From assembly GCA_016699105.1 (NCBI GenBank), contig CP064960.1, positions 1,223,436 through 1,287,435 of the forward strand: a stretch of 64,000 nucleotides of DNA, written 5' to 3'. Positions 29,511 to 41,162 of this stretch are shown here, one piece after another; within the stretch, counting starts at the first letter, position 1, and each line of letters opens with the position of its first letter. Both the position numbers and the translations under genes were made by a program. Source of the stretch: a bacterium (GTDB lineage Bacteria > Patescibacteriota > Saccharimonadia > UBA4664). The notes beneath the pieces are model-generated. The model was not told the DNA's origin, searched no databases, and saw nothing but the letters and a program-made list of their open reading frames with translations.

Positions 29511-31602
29511 CTAATCTTTCTTAGATGGTACCACAGCTCGTGCTAGTCGGGATGGCCACCAAATGAATTTGCCTAGATCGTAACTGAGAGCCGGGACTAA
29601 GAGCGAGCGTACCAGAATAGTATCAAGCAGCACCCCGAAGGCGACGATGAAGGCTAATTGCACCAAGAAGAGGATAGGAATCACGCCGAGCGCGGCAAAG
29701 GTAGCCGCTAGAACCACGCCAGCTGAGGTGATGACACCGCCGGTTTTACCGAGGCCACGGATAATACCAGTGGATGTGCCATGGATTTGGGCTTCTTCGC
29801 GGACACGAGTCATGAGGAAGATATTATAATCAATACCCAAGGCTACCAAGAAGACGAATCCATACAATGGTACAGTTGGGTCGGCACCGGGGTGACCGAG
29901 GAGATTATTGAAGACGAGGGCAGACACGCCCAGGGTCGCAAGATAGCTGATAACGACGGTTCCAATCAGCAATATGGGAGCGATGATGGCTCGGAGCAGA
30001 ATCATGAGGATGACTAGGATGACGATGAGCACGATGGGGATAATGATCTTGAGATCATGTTGCGCTGTGGTGTTGGTATCGACGGCAACGGCCGTGCGGC
30101 CGCCGACCAATACGGCAGAATCAACTGACTTGAGGTTGGTACGAAGCCGTTCGATGGTCGTTTTGGCGGTCGTGGAGTCCGGGGCATCAGCTAAGGTGGC
30201 GTTGATGAGCACCTGACTATCTTTGACTACTGGAAGGCCAGCGGAGTCTTTGTAGATGTCAGCTTGGGCGATACCGGCAGTACCCGCTGTCGCTACGCGG
30301 ACTACTTCGGCTTGACCTGACGGGGCGATGATTTGGACGGGAGTGCCGGTGCCAGCGTCAAAATGCCGACCAAGGGCGTCTTGCCCGGAGACGGCCTCAG
30401 AAGACGTGAGTAGCAATTCGGTTTCGGGCACACCTGATGCCTTAAACGAGGGGCTGCTGCAGCCGCCAAGAGCAGAACGCCTAACGTGATCATCCAGGTT
30501 GCCCGAGGGCGACGCGCTACTATGTGACCAACTTTTTGCCAGAACGGCGTAATACCATCAGTTTTCGTTGTGATACTAGTTAACTGCGGCCGCACTGGCC
30601 AAAAAGCTACCCGGCCAAGTAGGGCTAGGACTGCTGGCAAAAGCTTATGCTTGCCAACCACGCGGCCAATATGCCGATGGCGCCAACTGGGCCGAGCCCA
30701 CGGTTTGACTCTAGATCCGAGAACAGTAAGCATAACAACGCTGCGGCTACGGTCGCGGCCGAAGCCGTTACTGGTTCGAAAGCTGATTTCCAGGCAATGA
30801 CGGTGGCTTGCCAACGCGACGAGGTATGATGCAAGGCTTCACGGAAGCGAGCGACCATGAGTAGGGCGTAATCGGTAGCAGCACCAATGACTAAAATTGA
30901 TAATATGCCTTGGCTTTGCCCATTGAGTGTGATGATGCCAGCTTTGCCGAGCAGGTAAATAACGATTATGGCTGCAGATAGCGCAAATATGGCAGTCAGG
31001 AGCACCACAAACGGCAGCACGATGGATCGATACACCACGATCAGTATCACTAGTACTGCCAGCAATGACACCAACAACAGTAGACCATCGATCCCGCCGA
31101 ACGCTCCAGTTAGATCAGCTAGAAAGCCAGCCGGACCAGCTACATAAGCAGTCGTACCGGCGGGAGTATCGGCTTTGACTTCGGATCTGATCTCGTCAAC
31201 AACGGTGGCTACTTCGTCGGCGTTGGCTATGGGTACAATCAGTTGTATGGCCTTGCCATCCCGCGATGGGATGGGGCCAATGACACTGGTGGGGGCTGTC
31301 GCTGGCGCTGCCTCGACTCCAGGAATGCTCCCCAATTCGACAGTTAATCCGGCTAAACTACCAATAACGCTGGGGGCAATGGGGTCGTTTGATTCAAATA
31401 CGACAATGGCGGGTAGGGATTGTTCACCAACAAATTGGGTTTGAAGTGCTTGGACTTTGGTTGATTCGGCACTGCGAGGCAGGAAGGTGGCTTCATCATT
31501 GGAGGAAATGCTTTCCAGTTTGCCAAAGATTGGTCCACCATAGCCGGCCAGACCCAACCACAGGGCAACTAAGACAATAGGAGCAAACCAGCGTTTAATC
31601 AT
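29511..31602 (-). CDS. MMPL family transporter (second copy; split by two 1-nt frameshifts near ~30650 and ~30420)
   Basis: N-terminal half (start MIKRWFAP), middle fragment with MMPL motif LLPAVLALLGRVAFWP in a second frame, C-terminal 6-TM half in a third frame. Confidence 0.7.
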
Positions 31603-31647
31603 AGTGTAAGTATAGGGAGACGGGCCGAGTTTGGCTACAATGACAGC

Positions 31648-33054
31648 ATGACCAAAGCTATTGTCTGGTTTCGAAATGACATGCGACTCAATGATCACCC
31701 TGCATTGGTGGCAGCTTGCGAGGGAGCGGACGAAGTCTATCCGGTATTTATTGTGGACGAGCGCCTGGTCAACGGATCACGGGCAAGTGCCAATCGAAAC
31801 CGGTTTTTGCGCCAGTGTCTAATCGAACTGCAGACGGCGCTCGCGCAACGTGGCAGTGGTTTGCTCATTCGCGTCGGTAGACCAGAGGTTGTGTTGCCGG
31901 AATTGGCAAGTCAGATCGGTGCTCAGGTGGTATTGGCCTTGTCTGATCTGACGCCGTTCGCCCGGAGCCGGGATGAGCGGGTGACAACTGCACTGCGGAC
32001 AGTGGGTAAGGCGATGAAATGGTTACCGGGCCGAATAGTGATTGATACACCGGCGGAGTTACTGAGTGGAAGCGGCCGGCCGTATCAGGTATTTACCCCT
32101 TTTTATAAAAGCTGGCTGTTACAGCCACGGCGCCCTGTGCTCGATGAACCAGTAATACCAAAATTGCCTCTTACCTGGTCAAAAGCAGCCATAGCGAGCT
32201 TGAGTAAACTCGAGTTACTGTCGTCCCCTATTGCTGGGAGTACATTGGCACAACAGGCGGTCGCGGGTGGTCGACACGCAGCCCAAGAGCGTTTGCATCA
32301 ATTTGTGACAATAAAAGCTGACCAATATCAAGAGCTTCACGATGATTTGGCCGCCGACGGCACATCACATCTGTCAGCAGATTTGCACTTTGGTAGCTTG
32401 TCAGCGCGGGAAGTAGAAGTGGCAACTGAAGTATTTGATGCTTTCCGGCGGCAACTGGCCTGGCGCGATTTTTACCAATACGTACTGTGGCATTTTCCGG
32501 ATACGATTAAGATGGAATTTCAGGAACGATATCGGGGAATGACCTGGGTTGATGATGAGGGACTTGCGCACGCTTGGCGCCAGGGTCAAACTGGATACCC
32601 GGTCGTTGATGCGGCGATGCGGCAATTGTTGCATGAGGGTTATATGCATAACCGAGCCCGATTAATTGTCGGATCGTTTCTGACTAAGGATTTGGGGCTG
32701 GACTGGCGCATTGGGGAGGATCACTTCACGCGCCACTTGATAGATGGCGATACGGCAAATAATAATGGCAATTGGCAATGGATTGCCTCGGTAGGGGTCG
32801 ATTCGGCACCCATGTTCCGGCGCTTGTATAATCCTATGACGCAGCAAACGCGCTATGATCCAACTGGAGCATATGTACGGCGGTATGTGCCGGAGCTGGC
32901 CGCGGTGCCTTTGGAGTACTTGGCCCGGCCATGGGAGATGCCACTAGCGGTGCAGAAAACAGCACAGTGCGTCATTGGGCGCGATTATCCTGAGCCTGTT
33001 GTTGACCATGTAGAAGCACGCCAAGCGGCCATTGAACGATACCGAATACCTTAG
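31648..33054 (+). CDS. phr: deoxyribodipyrimidine photolyase / cryptochrome family FAD-binding protein
   Basis: N-terminal photolyase alpha/beta domain. C-terminal FAD-binding blocks TGYPVVDAAMRQL, NRARLIV, GNWQWIASVG. Confidence 0.9.
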   Translation: MTKAIVWFRNDMRLNDHPALVAACEGADEVYPVFIVDERLVNGSRASANRNRFLRQCLIELQTALAQRGSGLLIRVGRPEVVLPELASQIGAQVVLALSDLTPFARSRDERVTTALRTVGKAMKWLPGRIVIDTPAELLSGSGRPYQVFTPFYKSWLLQPRRPVLDEPVIPKLPLTWSKAAIASLSKLELLSSPIAGSTLAQQAVAGGRHAAQERLHQFVTIKADQYQELHDDLAADGTSHLSADLHFGSLSAREVEVATEVFDAFRRQLAWRDFYQYVLWHFPDTIKMEFQERYRGMTWVDDEGLAHAWRQGQTGYPVVDAAMRQLLHEGYMHNRARLIVGSFLTKDLGLDWRIGEDHFTRHLIDGDTANNNGNWQWIASVGVDSAPMFRRLYNPMTQQTRYDPTGAYVRRYVPELAAVPLEYLARPWEMPLAVQKTAQCVIGRDYPEPVVDHVEARQAAIERYRIP

Positions 33055-33121
33055 GCGAAATAAAGTTTGAGTGGCGCCGGTCATCACTGACCGGCGCCAC
33101 TTGGCAATTCCTCTGGAACGA

Positions 33122-34351
33122 CTACTCATTATCTTTGTAACGGATGGTTCTCTCGGGGAGCCCTAATACAATATTTATGACTGCCAGGATAATCCCCTCT
33201 TTCAATCCGACTGCCAGCAGTGCGCACATCATCGTCATGGTCCGGGGTACTGAGATCCAGAAGTGACCTGCTAAGGCGCTACCGCTCGAAGTCTTTACTA
33301 CACATAGTATGACGATAGCGACCGTAAATAGCCGGGCGGCTACATCATTGATTGCTACATCAGTCAACAGATACAGCCCCAGGACGATTACCGGGGTAAA
33401 GACTGACCAGAGCAAGTAGACCATGGGGCGCGCGGACTCTGAAGGGCGAGTGACATCATAGAGGAAAATGTCACCCAAAACAGTCAGTATGCAAGTCACA
33501 ATCAGCATGGCTGCAATATAGTCCTGCAACCGCCATCCCGGCAATGCAAATTGTCCATTAAAATGCAACCAGTTACGGAGGGCGCCTAGTTCAGGATGGA
33601 CAACTAGCCAGGCGATCAATGCAACTGCTGCGTTGTAGATGATGGAATAGATTTCGCCGCTATTAAACTTGTTGAGCTTGTGTAGGCAGGAGATGAGCAT
33701 GTCGTAGGCAATATGGACTAACAGTGCCGCCAAAAAGCCAAACAACAAATATACAATTGTCAGAAAAATACCAATGACGAATTGTGGTAATACACGCAGC
33801 AGTTGCTGGTCTGATGCAACTGGGTAATTGTACAAATGCAAGCCTGCCCAAATCGCATTACCAAGCAGAAAGTAGATGTAGTAAGCGATATGGCTGTCAT
33901 TAATGTGCGGCAACACTCCCAGAAACAACCAGCGCGCAAACACTTCTTCGGCAAACAACAAAACCATGATGAACATAAACACCGGCTTGGGTCTTTCAGT
34001 GTACTGTTCAAGATTATTGACAGCCTGAGGTATACCGCATATACGTAGTACCAGCATTCCAGTACCCAAGCCTACTGGCAGCATAATTACTAGTATCGAT
34101 GCCAAAAAGCCCAACGATGCGCTGTTGACCAAACCCCAGTTACGGATAGACGCAATGTCTCCCGAAAAAAAAGCCTGGAGTGCGCGGCCAACTGGCAGAA
34201 ATCCACCAAGGTACAAACCGAGTAGTATCATCATGGCCCAGGTTGCTGCCATGGACCAAATACCTTCGGGGCGGCTTTTTCGGAGCGGCCGATTACGCAC
34301 AATCGTGGCGTTTCCGTTCACGAGGCTCAACTCCTCTGAGAGTCGTTTCAA
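33122..34351 (-). CDS. CPBP (CAAX protease / Abi) family intramembrane metalloprotease
   Basis: Polytopic membrane protein with EExxxR (AEEVFARW) and H-containing helices (GLHLYN) typical of CPBP family. Confidence 0.55.
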   Translation of the reverse strand: MKRLSEELSLVNGNATIVRNRPLRKSRPEGIWSMAATWAMMILLGLYLGGFLPVGRALQAFFSGDIASIRNWGLVNSASLGFLASILVIMLPVGLGTGMLVLRICGIPQAVNNLEQYTERPKPVFMFIMVLLFAEEVFARWLFLGVLPHINDSHIAYYIYFLLGNAIWAGLHLYNYPVASDQQLLRVLPQFVIGIFLTIVYLLFGFLAALLVHIAYDMLISCLHKLNKFNSGEIYSIIYNAAVALIAWLVVHPELGALRNWLHFNGQFALPGWRLQDYIAAMLIVTCILTVLGDIFLYDVTRPSESARPMVYLLWSVFTPVIVLGLYLLTDVAINDVAARLFTVAIVILCVVKTSSGSALAGHFWISVPRTMTMMCALLAVGLKEGIILAVINIVLGLPERTIRYKDNE

Positions 34352-34400
34352 ATGATAAAGAACTACGTATAGTATATAACTATAGTTGTGCTATTGCAAC

Positions 34401-35150
34401 TTATATATAGTCTTCAAACGTAGCCGTAATCGGCAAATGGTTTGAATAAGGTGTTTCAAGTACTTCGGCGGCGGTTTGGCGCAGGTCAGGGGTACTGAAA
34501 AGGTAATCTAGGCGCCAGGCAAGTTCGTGGACGTCGTATTGATTTTGGCCAAAAGGCTTGGTCGTCCAGGTCGGTTCGACCGGATTTGGTCCCCGGGGTT
34601 CGAGTATTTGGCAAAAGTCTTCGTAGGTGTGGCTGGGCGGTGTGGCTCCGAGGTCGCCCCCGAAGATGTAGCGCTGTTGACGGGCACCAATCAACCCCAG
34701 TAACCGCTCGGTTTCGACATCTTTGGCCACCGAATTGGTGAAGTTTTCAGTATAACTGGCAGCGGCTGTCCCGACCGTGATTTCGGTGCCATCTGGTAAC
34801 TCGATGGTAGCTTCGACATAAGCCCGGTATTTGTCAGCAATAGCTTCGCTGGCGCCGGGTTGGCTAAACCAGATAGTTTTAGTGGTACCAATCGGATGTT
34901 TACTCAAGATCGTGCTTGCCAGGGTCAGGGTTGTGCCATCGGGGGCTTCGAAGGGCATATCTTTGTACTGCGCATGATAGCCCAAGGCAGCAGCAAGAAA
35001 ATCTGGTGAATTGGGCACGTCTTGGTGCGGATCACCGATGGTTAGCTCTTGAAGCGTCATAATATCGGCGGGATGCTCAGCTAAAAAGCCGGCTATGTGG
35101 TGGACGTTTTCTTGGTACCAGGTGTTCCATTGAAGTACGGTGATAGTCAT
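34401..35150 (-). CDS. endonuclease/exonuclease/phosphatase (EEP) family protein
   Basis: Start at MTITVLQWN; N-terminal QWN.W and C-terminal ..GGDLG..SH..D blocks typical of EEP fold. Confidence 0.55.
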   Translation of the reverse strand: MTITVLQWNTWYQENVHHIAGFLAEHPADIMTLQELTIGDPHQDVPNSPDFLAAALGYHAQYKDMPFEAPDGTTLTLASTILSKHPIGTTKTIWFSQPGASEAIADKYRAYVEATIELPDGTEITVGTAAASYTENFTNSVAKDVETERLLGLIGARQQRYIFGGDLGATPPSHTYEDFCQILEPRGPNPVEPTWTTKPFGQNQYDVHELAWRLDYLFSTPDLRQTAAEVLETPYSNHLPITATFEDYI

Positions 35151-35229
35151 GGCTCTATCATAGCAAACTAAAACCCGAAAAAATGCTATATTTAAGCATA
35201 AGAAATTATATTTAGAAGGGTTACCAGAC

Positions 35230-35817
35230 GTGGCAAAACGGGCTCCGAAAGGCAGTATGAATATCAATTGGTCTGTGCTCAAAGCGATGGGTATTGTTTG
35301 TTTGGTAATCGTCCAAATCCTAGAGTTTGTATTCTTGATGGAAGTTGCTAATAATTCGGCTAATCTCCAGACATATACCTTTCAAAATGTACTGATCGAC
35401 TCAATTCGCGGCTTAAATACTGAGCCCGCGCAAGACATTGCAACTGGCAAATTTTATATTCCGGCTTCGCGGTTGGTTTTGCCAGCAACAAGCACGAATG
35501 TTTATTATCGGAGTGCATCGACCGATGCGATTGCCTTGCTCGACCGTACCACTCAAGACCAAGCCATTACCGCTATTCGAAACACCCACGAAACGGCCGA
35601 CATTTACAAAGGCGTCGGTGCAGCTCAAGCATGCAGCAGGCAGGTTATCGGGGTTTTCAAAGGTGAACCGTCGGACTACTTTGGAAGCGACAATTATAGC
35701 GCTCAGCCGTCAAAGACCCTCAAGGATGGGCGTATTTTGCGTCTGTATGTCGACAATGAATGCCCCTTGCCAGCGGCGACGTTATTGAACGCTATTAATG
35801 AGATGAACTCATACTGA
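35230..35817 (+). CDS. hypothetical secreted/membrane-anchored protein
   Basis: N-terminal hydrophobic helix then soluble domain; no recognisable motif. Confidence 0.3.
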   Translation: MAKRAPKGSMNINWSVLKAMGIVCLVIVQILEFVFLMEVANNSANLQTYTFQNVLIDSIRGLNTEPAQDIATGKFYIPASRLVLPATSTNVYYRSASTDAIALLDRTTQDQAITAIRNTHETADIYKGVGAAQACSRQVIGVFKGEPSDYFGSDNYSAQPSKTLKDGRILRLYVDNECPLPAATLLNAINEMNSY

Positions 35818-35882
35818 TTCAGCTAAGCCTGTAGTGGTTGAGAATGCAGATAGCATTGATAGATGGCAATTTTCCGCACAGC

Positions 35883-36242
35883 TTATGAATTGACCATAAA
35901 ATCGGGCGGCAAGTCATGAACAGCATCTTTTGACGCCGTATCAGTTTGCACAACCCAACGGGCTAGTTTGACCATTGCCATCGGTTTAATCACAAGGCGA
36001 TGACCGTTTAATGCGAGGAATATTACCAAACATGTAACAGCCATCCGCTTATTCCCATTTTCGAGCGGGTGGTTCTTACTTATCATGTAGAAAAGGTTTG
36101 CAGACTTATTTAGTAAGGAGTCGTAATACGGCAATTTAATTTGCTGTAAGCAGCTGTCAAACCTTTTACGGGCTACTTCATTAAACTTTGGAATCGGTTC
36201 GGTATCGAGTTTACGCCCGATGACATCAGCAATATACTCCAC
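35883..36242 (-). CDS. doc: Doc (death-on-curing) / Fic family type II toxin
   Basis: Doc signature HPLENGNKRMAVT (cf. H-x-F-x-D/N-A/G-N-K-R); GTG start; ~119 aa. Confidence 0.65.
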   Translation of the reverse strand: MEYIADVIGRKLDTEPIPKFNEVARKRFDSCLQQIKLPYYDSLLNKSANLFYMISKNHPLENGNKRMAVTCLVIFLALNGHRLVIKPMAMVKLARWVVQTDTASKDAVHDLPPDFMVNS

Positions 36243-36262
36243 CTCTTCAACGGAGAGGTAGG

Positions 36263-36406
36263 TTATTCTTTGCTCAGTAATCGCAGGGTCTCCCCGTAAT
36301 CGGTAACGAGCAAATCTACATAGCGGTTAAGCTTATCCCGCTGCCCACCCGCAATTTGAGGGTTATCTCGCTTCTTAGTGAGAGCCCGTAAGAATTTCTT
36401 CAACAT
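36263..36406 (-). CDS. putative small antitoxin partner (47 aa) upstream of doc
   Basis: Unlisted ORF MLKKFLRALTKKRDNPQIAGGQRDKLNRYVDLLVTDYGETLRLLSKE immediately 5' of the toxin gene in the same orientation. Confidence 0.3.
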   Translation of the reverse strand: MLKKFLRALTKKRDNPQIAGGQRDKLNRYVDLLVTDYGETLRLLSKE

Positions 36407-36691
36407 AGGCCAATATTAATATCATAAGCGTTTTGGCACAAGCATAAGGGTGAAGACTAAGAGGATTTCTCCTAAAGTGCCCCCTGTCTCTCGTTTCCAG
36501 ACGAGAACAATTTGTGTTTTGTTATAAGTATGTTTTAAATGGTGGAGCTGGGGGATTGTCGCTAAAGCGACCTGCTCCTCCTCTTTTCTCACATATCCCG
36601 ATAAGCTTATGAGTCGGAGCTAGCCGAACCGGCGATGTTCGAATCAAACCCTTTCATTACAAAAACCCGACACGAGGTTGGGATTTTGTAA

Positions 36692-36764
36692 TGGTGGAGC
36701 TGGGGATTCGAACCCCCACCTCTGCAATGCGAATGCAGCGCTCTACCAAATGAGCTACAGCCCC
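36692..36764 (-). tRNA. tRNA-Ala (anticodon CGC), CCA encoded; T-arm/acceptor junction 2-3 nt short of canonical
   Basis: GGGGCTG acceptor with G3:U70, D-arm GCTC-ATTTGGTA-GAGC, anticodon loop TTCGCAT, T-loop TTCGAAT. Only 73 nt because the C/G run at the T-stem/acceptor junction is short. Confidence 0.8.
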
Positions 36765-36889
36765 ATGACTGATCCATTGTGCCAAGGTTCGCTACAAGCG
36801 TCAAGCAACAAATATAGCTTTTGTGTGATTATTGTGGTATAAATTTGTTTAGCGAATCGGCAATTTCCTTCGAGAGAAAAGAGAAAACG

Positions 36890-37354
36890 ATGCGCCGTAC
36901 TTACCATTGGGCAATGGTTGGATCCCTTCGGACAAGATTAGTGGGGCTAAGTGGTAGCCTCATTGTATTTTCCATGATCAACTGGGTTTGTATGCATAGC
37001 ATCCTGCCCCGAGCCGATATATTCATGGGAGTATTTCTGTGTTCAATCGTGTTCGTCTCACTAGTAAGTGCTTGGTTGATGGATGCTGCTGGAGGACTCA
37101 ACCCCGTCTTTATTACTCGCCATAAGGCACAGGGCTGTACTACACCGGTTGTATGTGGCTCCGAGCAAGGCTCGGCTACTACCATTCTGTCTGATTCGGT
37201 AGGCATTGGCATAATGCTAACCATGCTCATTACCGTGTATTTGTCGCACGACATTGCATTTAGCGGGCCGATCTGGGTAACCGTGGTGATTGAACTTGGA
37301 GCGCTGCTTATGCTGATGGTATTCTCGCATCGCCGAGTTTCGGTCATGACATAG
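36890..37354 (+). CDS. hypothetical membrane protein
   Basis: Start MRRTYHWAMVG; 4 predicted TM helices; no homolog recognised. Confidence 0.3.
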   Translation: MRRTYHWAMVGSLRTRLVGLSGSLIVFSMINWVCMHSILPRADIFMGVFLCSIVFVSLVSAWLMDAAGGLNPVFITRHKAQGCTTPVVCGSEQGSATTILSDSVGIGIMLTMLITVYLSHDIAFSGPIWVTVVIELGALLMLMVFSHRRVSVMT

Positions 37355-37387
37355 ATACGAGCTCGCTCAAGGTGGCCAGATTTTTGG

Positions 37388-39195
37388 CTACTTTGGGCGA
37401 GCCGCTTTGGTTTTGGCCTCAGCGATGAATCCGCCAGACTGATGCGCCCACAAACCAGCATAGACTCCACCCAAACTCAGAAGTTCGGCATGGCTACCCT
37501 GTTCGACGATATGACCAGCTTCCAGAACAACGATACGATCGAGACGCTGGATAGTACTGAGACGATGAGCAATAACGATGGCGGTTCGATCTTGCATCAG
37601 ATCCACCAACGCTGCTTGTATGAGCTTTTCTGATTCAGAATCTAGGGCACTCGTAGCCTCATCTAGCATCAAGATCGGCGCATCCTTGAGCATAGCCCGG
37701 GCAATCGCGATGCGTTGGCGCTGGCCGCCGGACAGCTTAATTCCCCGTTCACCCACCAAAGTCTGATAGCCATCCGGTAATTGTTCGATAAATTCGGCCG
37801 CATGTGCCCGGGCAGCAGCCTGTTTGATCTGACGAACGGTAGCGCCAGGTTTGCCATAGGCGATGTTGTCTTGAAGGCTGCGATGAAATAATAGCGGCTC
37901 TTGCGGTACATAACTGATTGCGCGGCGCACATCGGCTTGGCGCAATCGAGCAATATCGTGTCCGTCAATTAGAATGCGGCCGTCTTGAATGTCCATCAGC
38001 CGAAGCAAAAGTTTGGTAATCGTCGTTTTGCCACCACCAGAAGTGCCGACAAGGCCGATTTTCTCGCCCGGCTCAATATGCATATCTAACCCCTGGAACA
38101 CTTGGTGCCGTTTCTGACCGTCATATCCAAATACTACTTGTTCGAAATCGACTCTACCGGTGCGTATTGTAACGGCTGGGGCGTCTGGCTGGTCTTGCAC
38201 CTCGGCAGGTGTTGACATGATGGTAGTCATTTCGGCGGCATCGGCGAGCGAGCGTTCGATATTGCGGGCGATCCGGCCAATCCCCATAGCGCATCAAATA
38301 TAACCATCACATAAGACTGAATCAAAATGAATTGACCAAAGTTAATCTGCCCCTGGGACACCAGAAAGAGCGAACCGATGAAGAAACCGGCACTAAAGGC
38401 AATGAGTAATATCGCCTGGACGGCATTTATAATTTCCTGAGTAACCCAGTCACGCGTAAAAGCCTGCTTGGTTGAAGCGACCGTTTGACGATAACTGGCG
38501 ATTTCATCGGGTTCGCGGGCAAAGTACTTGATAGCTGATATGTTCGTCAGCTTGTCGGCTAGCTGACCGGTTTGGCGGCTGGAGGCGGCAGCTGCAGCGG
38601 CGCTGGCTGGCATTTTCCATAGTGCTAAGGCAACGGCAGCCACGGCATAGAGTGCAAAGAACACCAACAATGCTACCGCGATCATCGGTTGAATTGTAAA
38701 TAGTATCGTAGAGGTAAAACCAACTTTCAGGAATAGGGTAAGAATATCGAATGCTAAGACGTCATAGAGTCGCTCAAACGACCTGGCTAATCGGTTGGAT
38801 TGGTTGACTAGCGAGCCGGTGAAGGCACTGGTATAGAACCGATAGCTCAGACCGGCTAGATGTTCAAAGCTCAGTTGATCAAGCTTGGCCATAACACCAA
38901 TTTCGAATTTAACAACCGCCCACCCAGATAATCGCCAGGACGTCCAGGAGATCACTTGGGCTGCCAGATACCAACAAATGATTACTCCAAAGGTTGCCCA
39001 AAACGATACTTGAGAACGATGTACGGTCGTCGAAAGTAAGTTGATACCCTGAGAAACGAGATACGGCGACAAGATGCTTTGAGCCATTACCGCTGCAGCA
39101 ACGGTGACTATATGCATAGCCAGCCACCCTCGAAATCCGAGGGTGGCGCGCCAGTAGAGCGCCAGAGTTTGGCGAGGTGTTTTGGGTCTTTTCAT
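37388..39195 (-). CDS. ABC exporter, fused permease and ATPase (split by a 1-nt frameshift near 38270-38290)
   Basis: 6-TM permease fragment, then NBD with Walker A GTSGGGKTT, signature LSGGQRQR, Walker B ILMLDEATSALD. Frames overlap by 60 nt. Confidence 0.8.
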
Positions 39196-39210
39196 GATGA
39201 AGTGTTTCGT

Positions 39211-39750
39211 TTATTGCTTGGTGATACTACTGATCAGCCAAGTAGTGCCGGACTTTTGAAAGCTGAATTTGAAATTGGTAGTGCCAGTGCCACTGTATTT
39301 GAAACTGACTGTGACATCGGCAGCGGTTCCTTTGACTGACGGCGTACCATAGGTGTATCCCTGGTCGGGAGTATCCTGAATTCCGAGTAGTTTGCCCACC
39401 GAGCTCTGATGCTGGTCTTTATACGTTTTCTGGAAGGCTGTGGTAAATAGACTGTCGACCGCATCTTCACTCGCGGTACCCAACTTAGCCGTAAAGGCTT
39501 TGGCTTGATTGGTGATAATTGCGACGTCGGTGATCGGGGTCACAGTCGGGGTAGGAGAAGTTGACTTAGCCGGTGTCGGCGTAGCCCGAGCGTCTGACAA
39601 TTGTCGCCGCAAACTGGCAATAGTAGTCGACTGCTCATCTTGACTAGCGGTCGCTTTTTGCTGCATGACCCAATAGACGCTACCGCCAGCCAGGGCGGCG
39701 GCGACCACGGCGCTGACGGCCACAATTACGACTGTCCGGGAAGAAACCAT
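39211..39750 (-). CDS. hypothetical N-terminally anchored exported protein (Thr/Pro-rich linker)
   Basis: Single N-terminal TM, S/T/P linker, beta-rich C-terminal domain. Confidence 0.3.
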   Translation of the reverse strand: MVSSRTVVIVAVSAVVAAALAGGSVYWVMQQKATASQDEQSTTIASLRRQLSDARATPTPAKSTSPTPTVTPITDVAIITNQAKAFTAKLGTASEDAVDSLFTTAFQKTYKDQHQSSVGKLLGIQDTPDQGYTYGTPSVKGTAADVTVSFKYSGTGTTNFKFSFQKSGTTWLISSITKQ

Positions 39751-39786
39751 GGCTACTATTGTAAATTACTTATCTGAACGCGGCAA

Positions 39787-41057
39787 CTATTCGGACCACT
39801 TCAGCTGATGATCACCAACTACGATGATGTCGCCATCTTCAGCCCCAAGGCGGCGCAGTTGTTTGTCGACGCCAGTTTTGTGCAAAATGTCATGCAAACG
39901 ACGGACGGCATCATCTGATTCAAAATTGGTTCGTCGGGCAAAGCCTTCGATTTTTTCACCTTGGAGGAGCCACTTATGGTCTCCGGCTGCTTCTAGCGTC
40001 CAGCGTTCGGCAGCGTCGGGCAGATCGGCCATGGTCAAGCGGTCAGTGGACGCTTCGATGACAGCTGTCCGGGATTCACGTGTAGCTTGGACCAGCGGCC
40101 AGACGGCGTCTAATATCTCGTCAAGGCCGGTATGGGCGCTCGCACTCATGACAAATACCGGTTCGCCGGCAACAGCCGCCAGTGCTAAGCGTTTGGCCTC
40201 AATGTCAGCTGGGACTAACCCATCGCTCTTGGTGAGAACTGTCAATCGCGGCTTCGTGTCGAGCCCGTGGCCATAAGCTGCCAGCTCACCGACGATGGTT
40301 TGCCAGTCGGCTGCCGGATCATCAGAAATGCCATCAATCAGATGAATGAGGACGGCAGTGCGCTCAACATGACGCAAAAACTCGTCGCCCAAACCTTTAC
40401 CTTCATGCGCACCCTCGATGAGGCCTGGAATATCGGCTACCAGAAAACTGCGGTCGCGGTGATCAACGACACCAAGGTTGGGAATAATGGTAGTAAACGG
40501 ATAATCGCCTATATCTGGTTTGGCATTGGTAATCACCGATAGCAAGGTGGATTTACCAGCATTGGGCAGGCCAACCAAGCCGACTTCAGCGACAATCTTA
40601 AGCTCGAGTTTGAGTTTTTGGCGTCACCCGGTTCGCCCAGCTCGGCGGTGCGGGGTGCTTGACGGGTACTGGCGGTAAAGTGAGCATTGCCGAAGCCGCC
40701 ACGGCCACCCTTGGCGATAATGATCTGGCTATCTTCGGCAACTAGATCAGCCAATAATTGGTCGTCTTCATACACTTGGGTGCCTTGAGGTACGGCCACA
40801 AAGATATCTTCGCCGGATTTGCCGCGCATCCGGTTAGCCCCGCCAGACATACCGTCGGGGGCGGCTATTTTAGGGCTAGCGCGATAGGCCGATAGCGTGT
40901 TGAGATTATGGTCGACGCGCAAAATGACGTCGCCACCACGGCCACCATCGCCACCATCGGGGCCGCCCATGGCCCGGTATTTTTCGTGACGGAAACCGAG
41001 ACGGCCATCACCACCTTTGCCGGCTTTGACATCAATATTAGCGGTATCTGCAAACAT
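39787..41057 (-). CDS. obg: GTPase Obg (split by 1-nt homopolymer frameshift at 40615-40619)
   Basis: Glycine-rich Obg fold (GGDGGRGG, GGRGGFGN) in one frame; GTPase domain [20 protein letters not shown] in the other. Adding one A to the A5 run restores ..[27 protein letters not shown]. Confidence 0.9.
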
Positions 41058-41162
41058 AGTGGGCTTATTATAGCATGATTCGCCTATGTTAATTGACTTT
41101 TCATTCCTTTTATGCTAATATATGCAGGTTCATTTTGTCCCCCGACAATGAGGAGCTCGACC

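Noticed and set aside
36607-36804. 65-aa ORF spanning tRNA-Ala(CGC)
   Set aside because: Overlaps a clear tRNA gene; coding is implausible.
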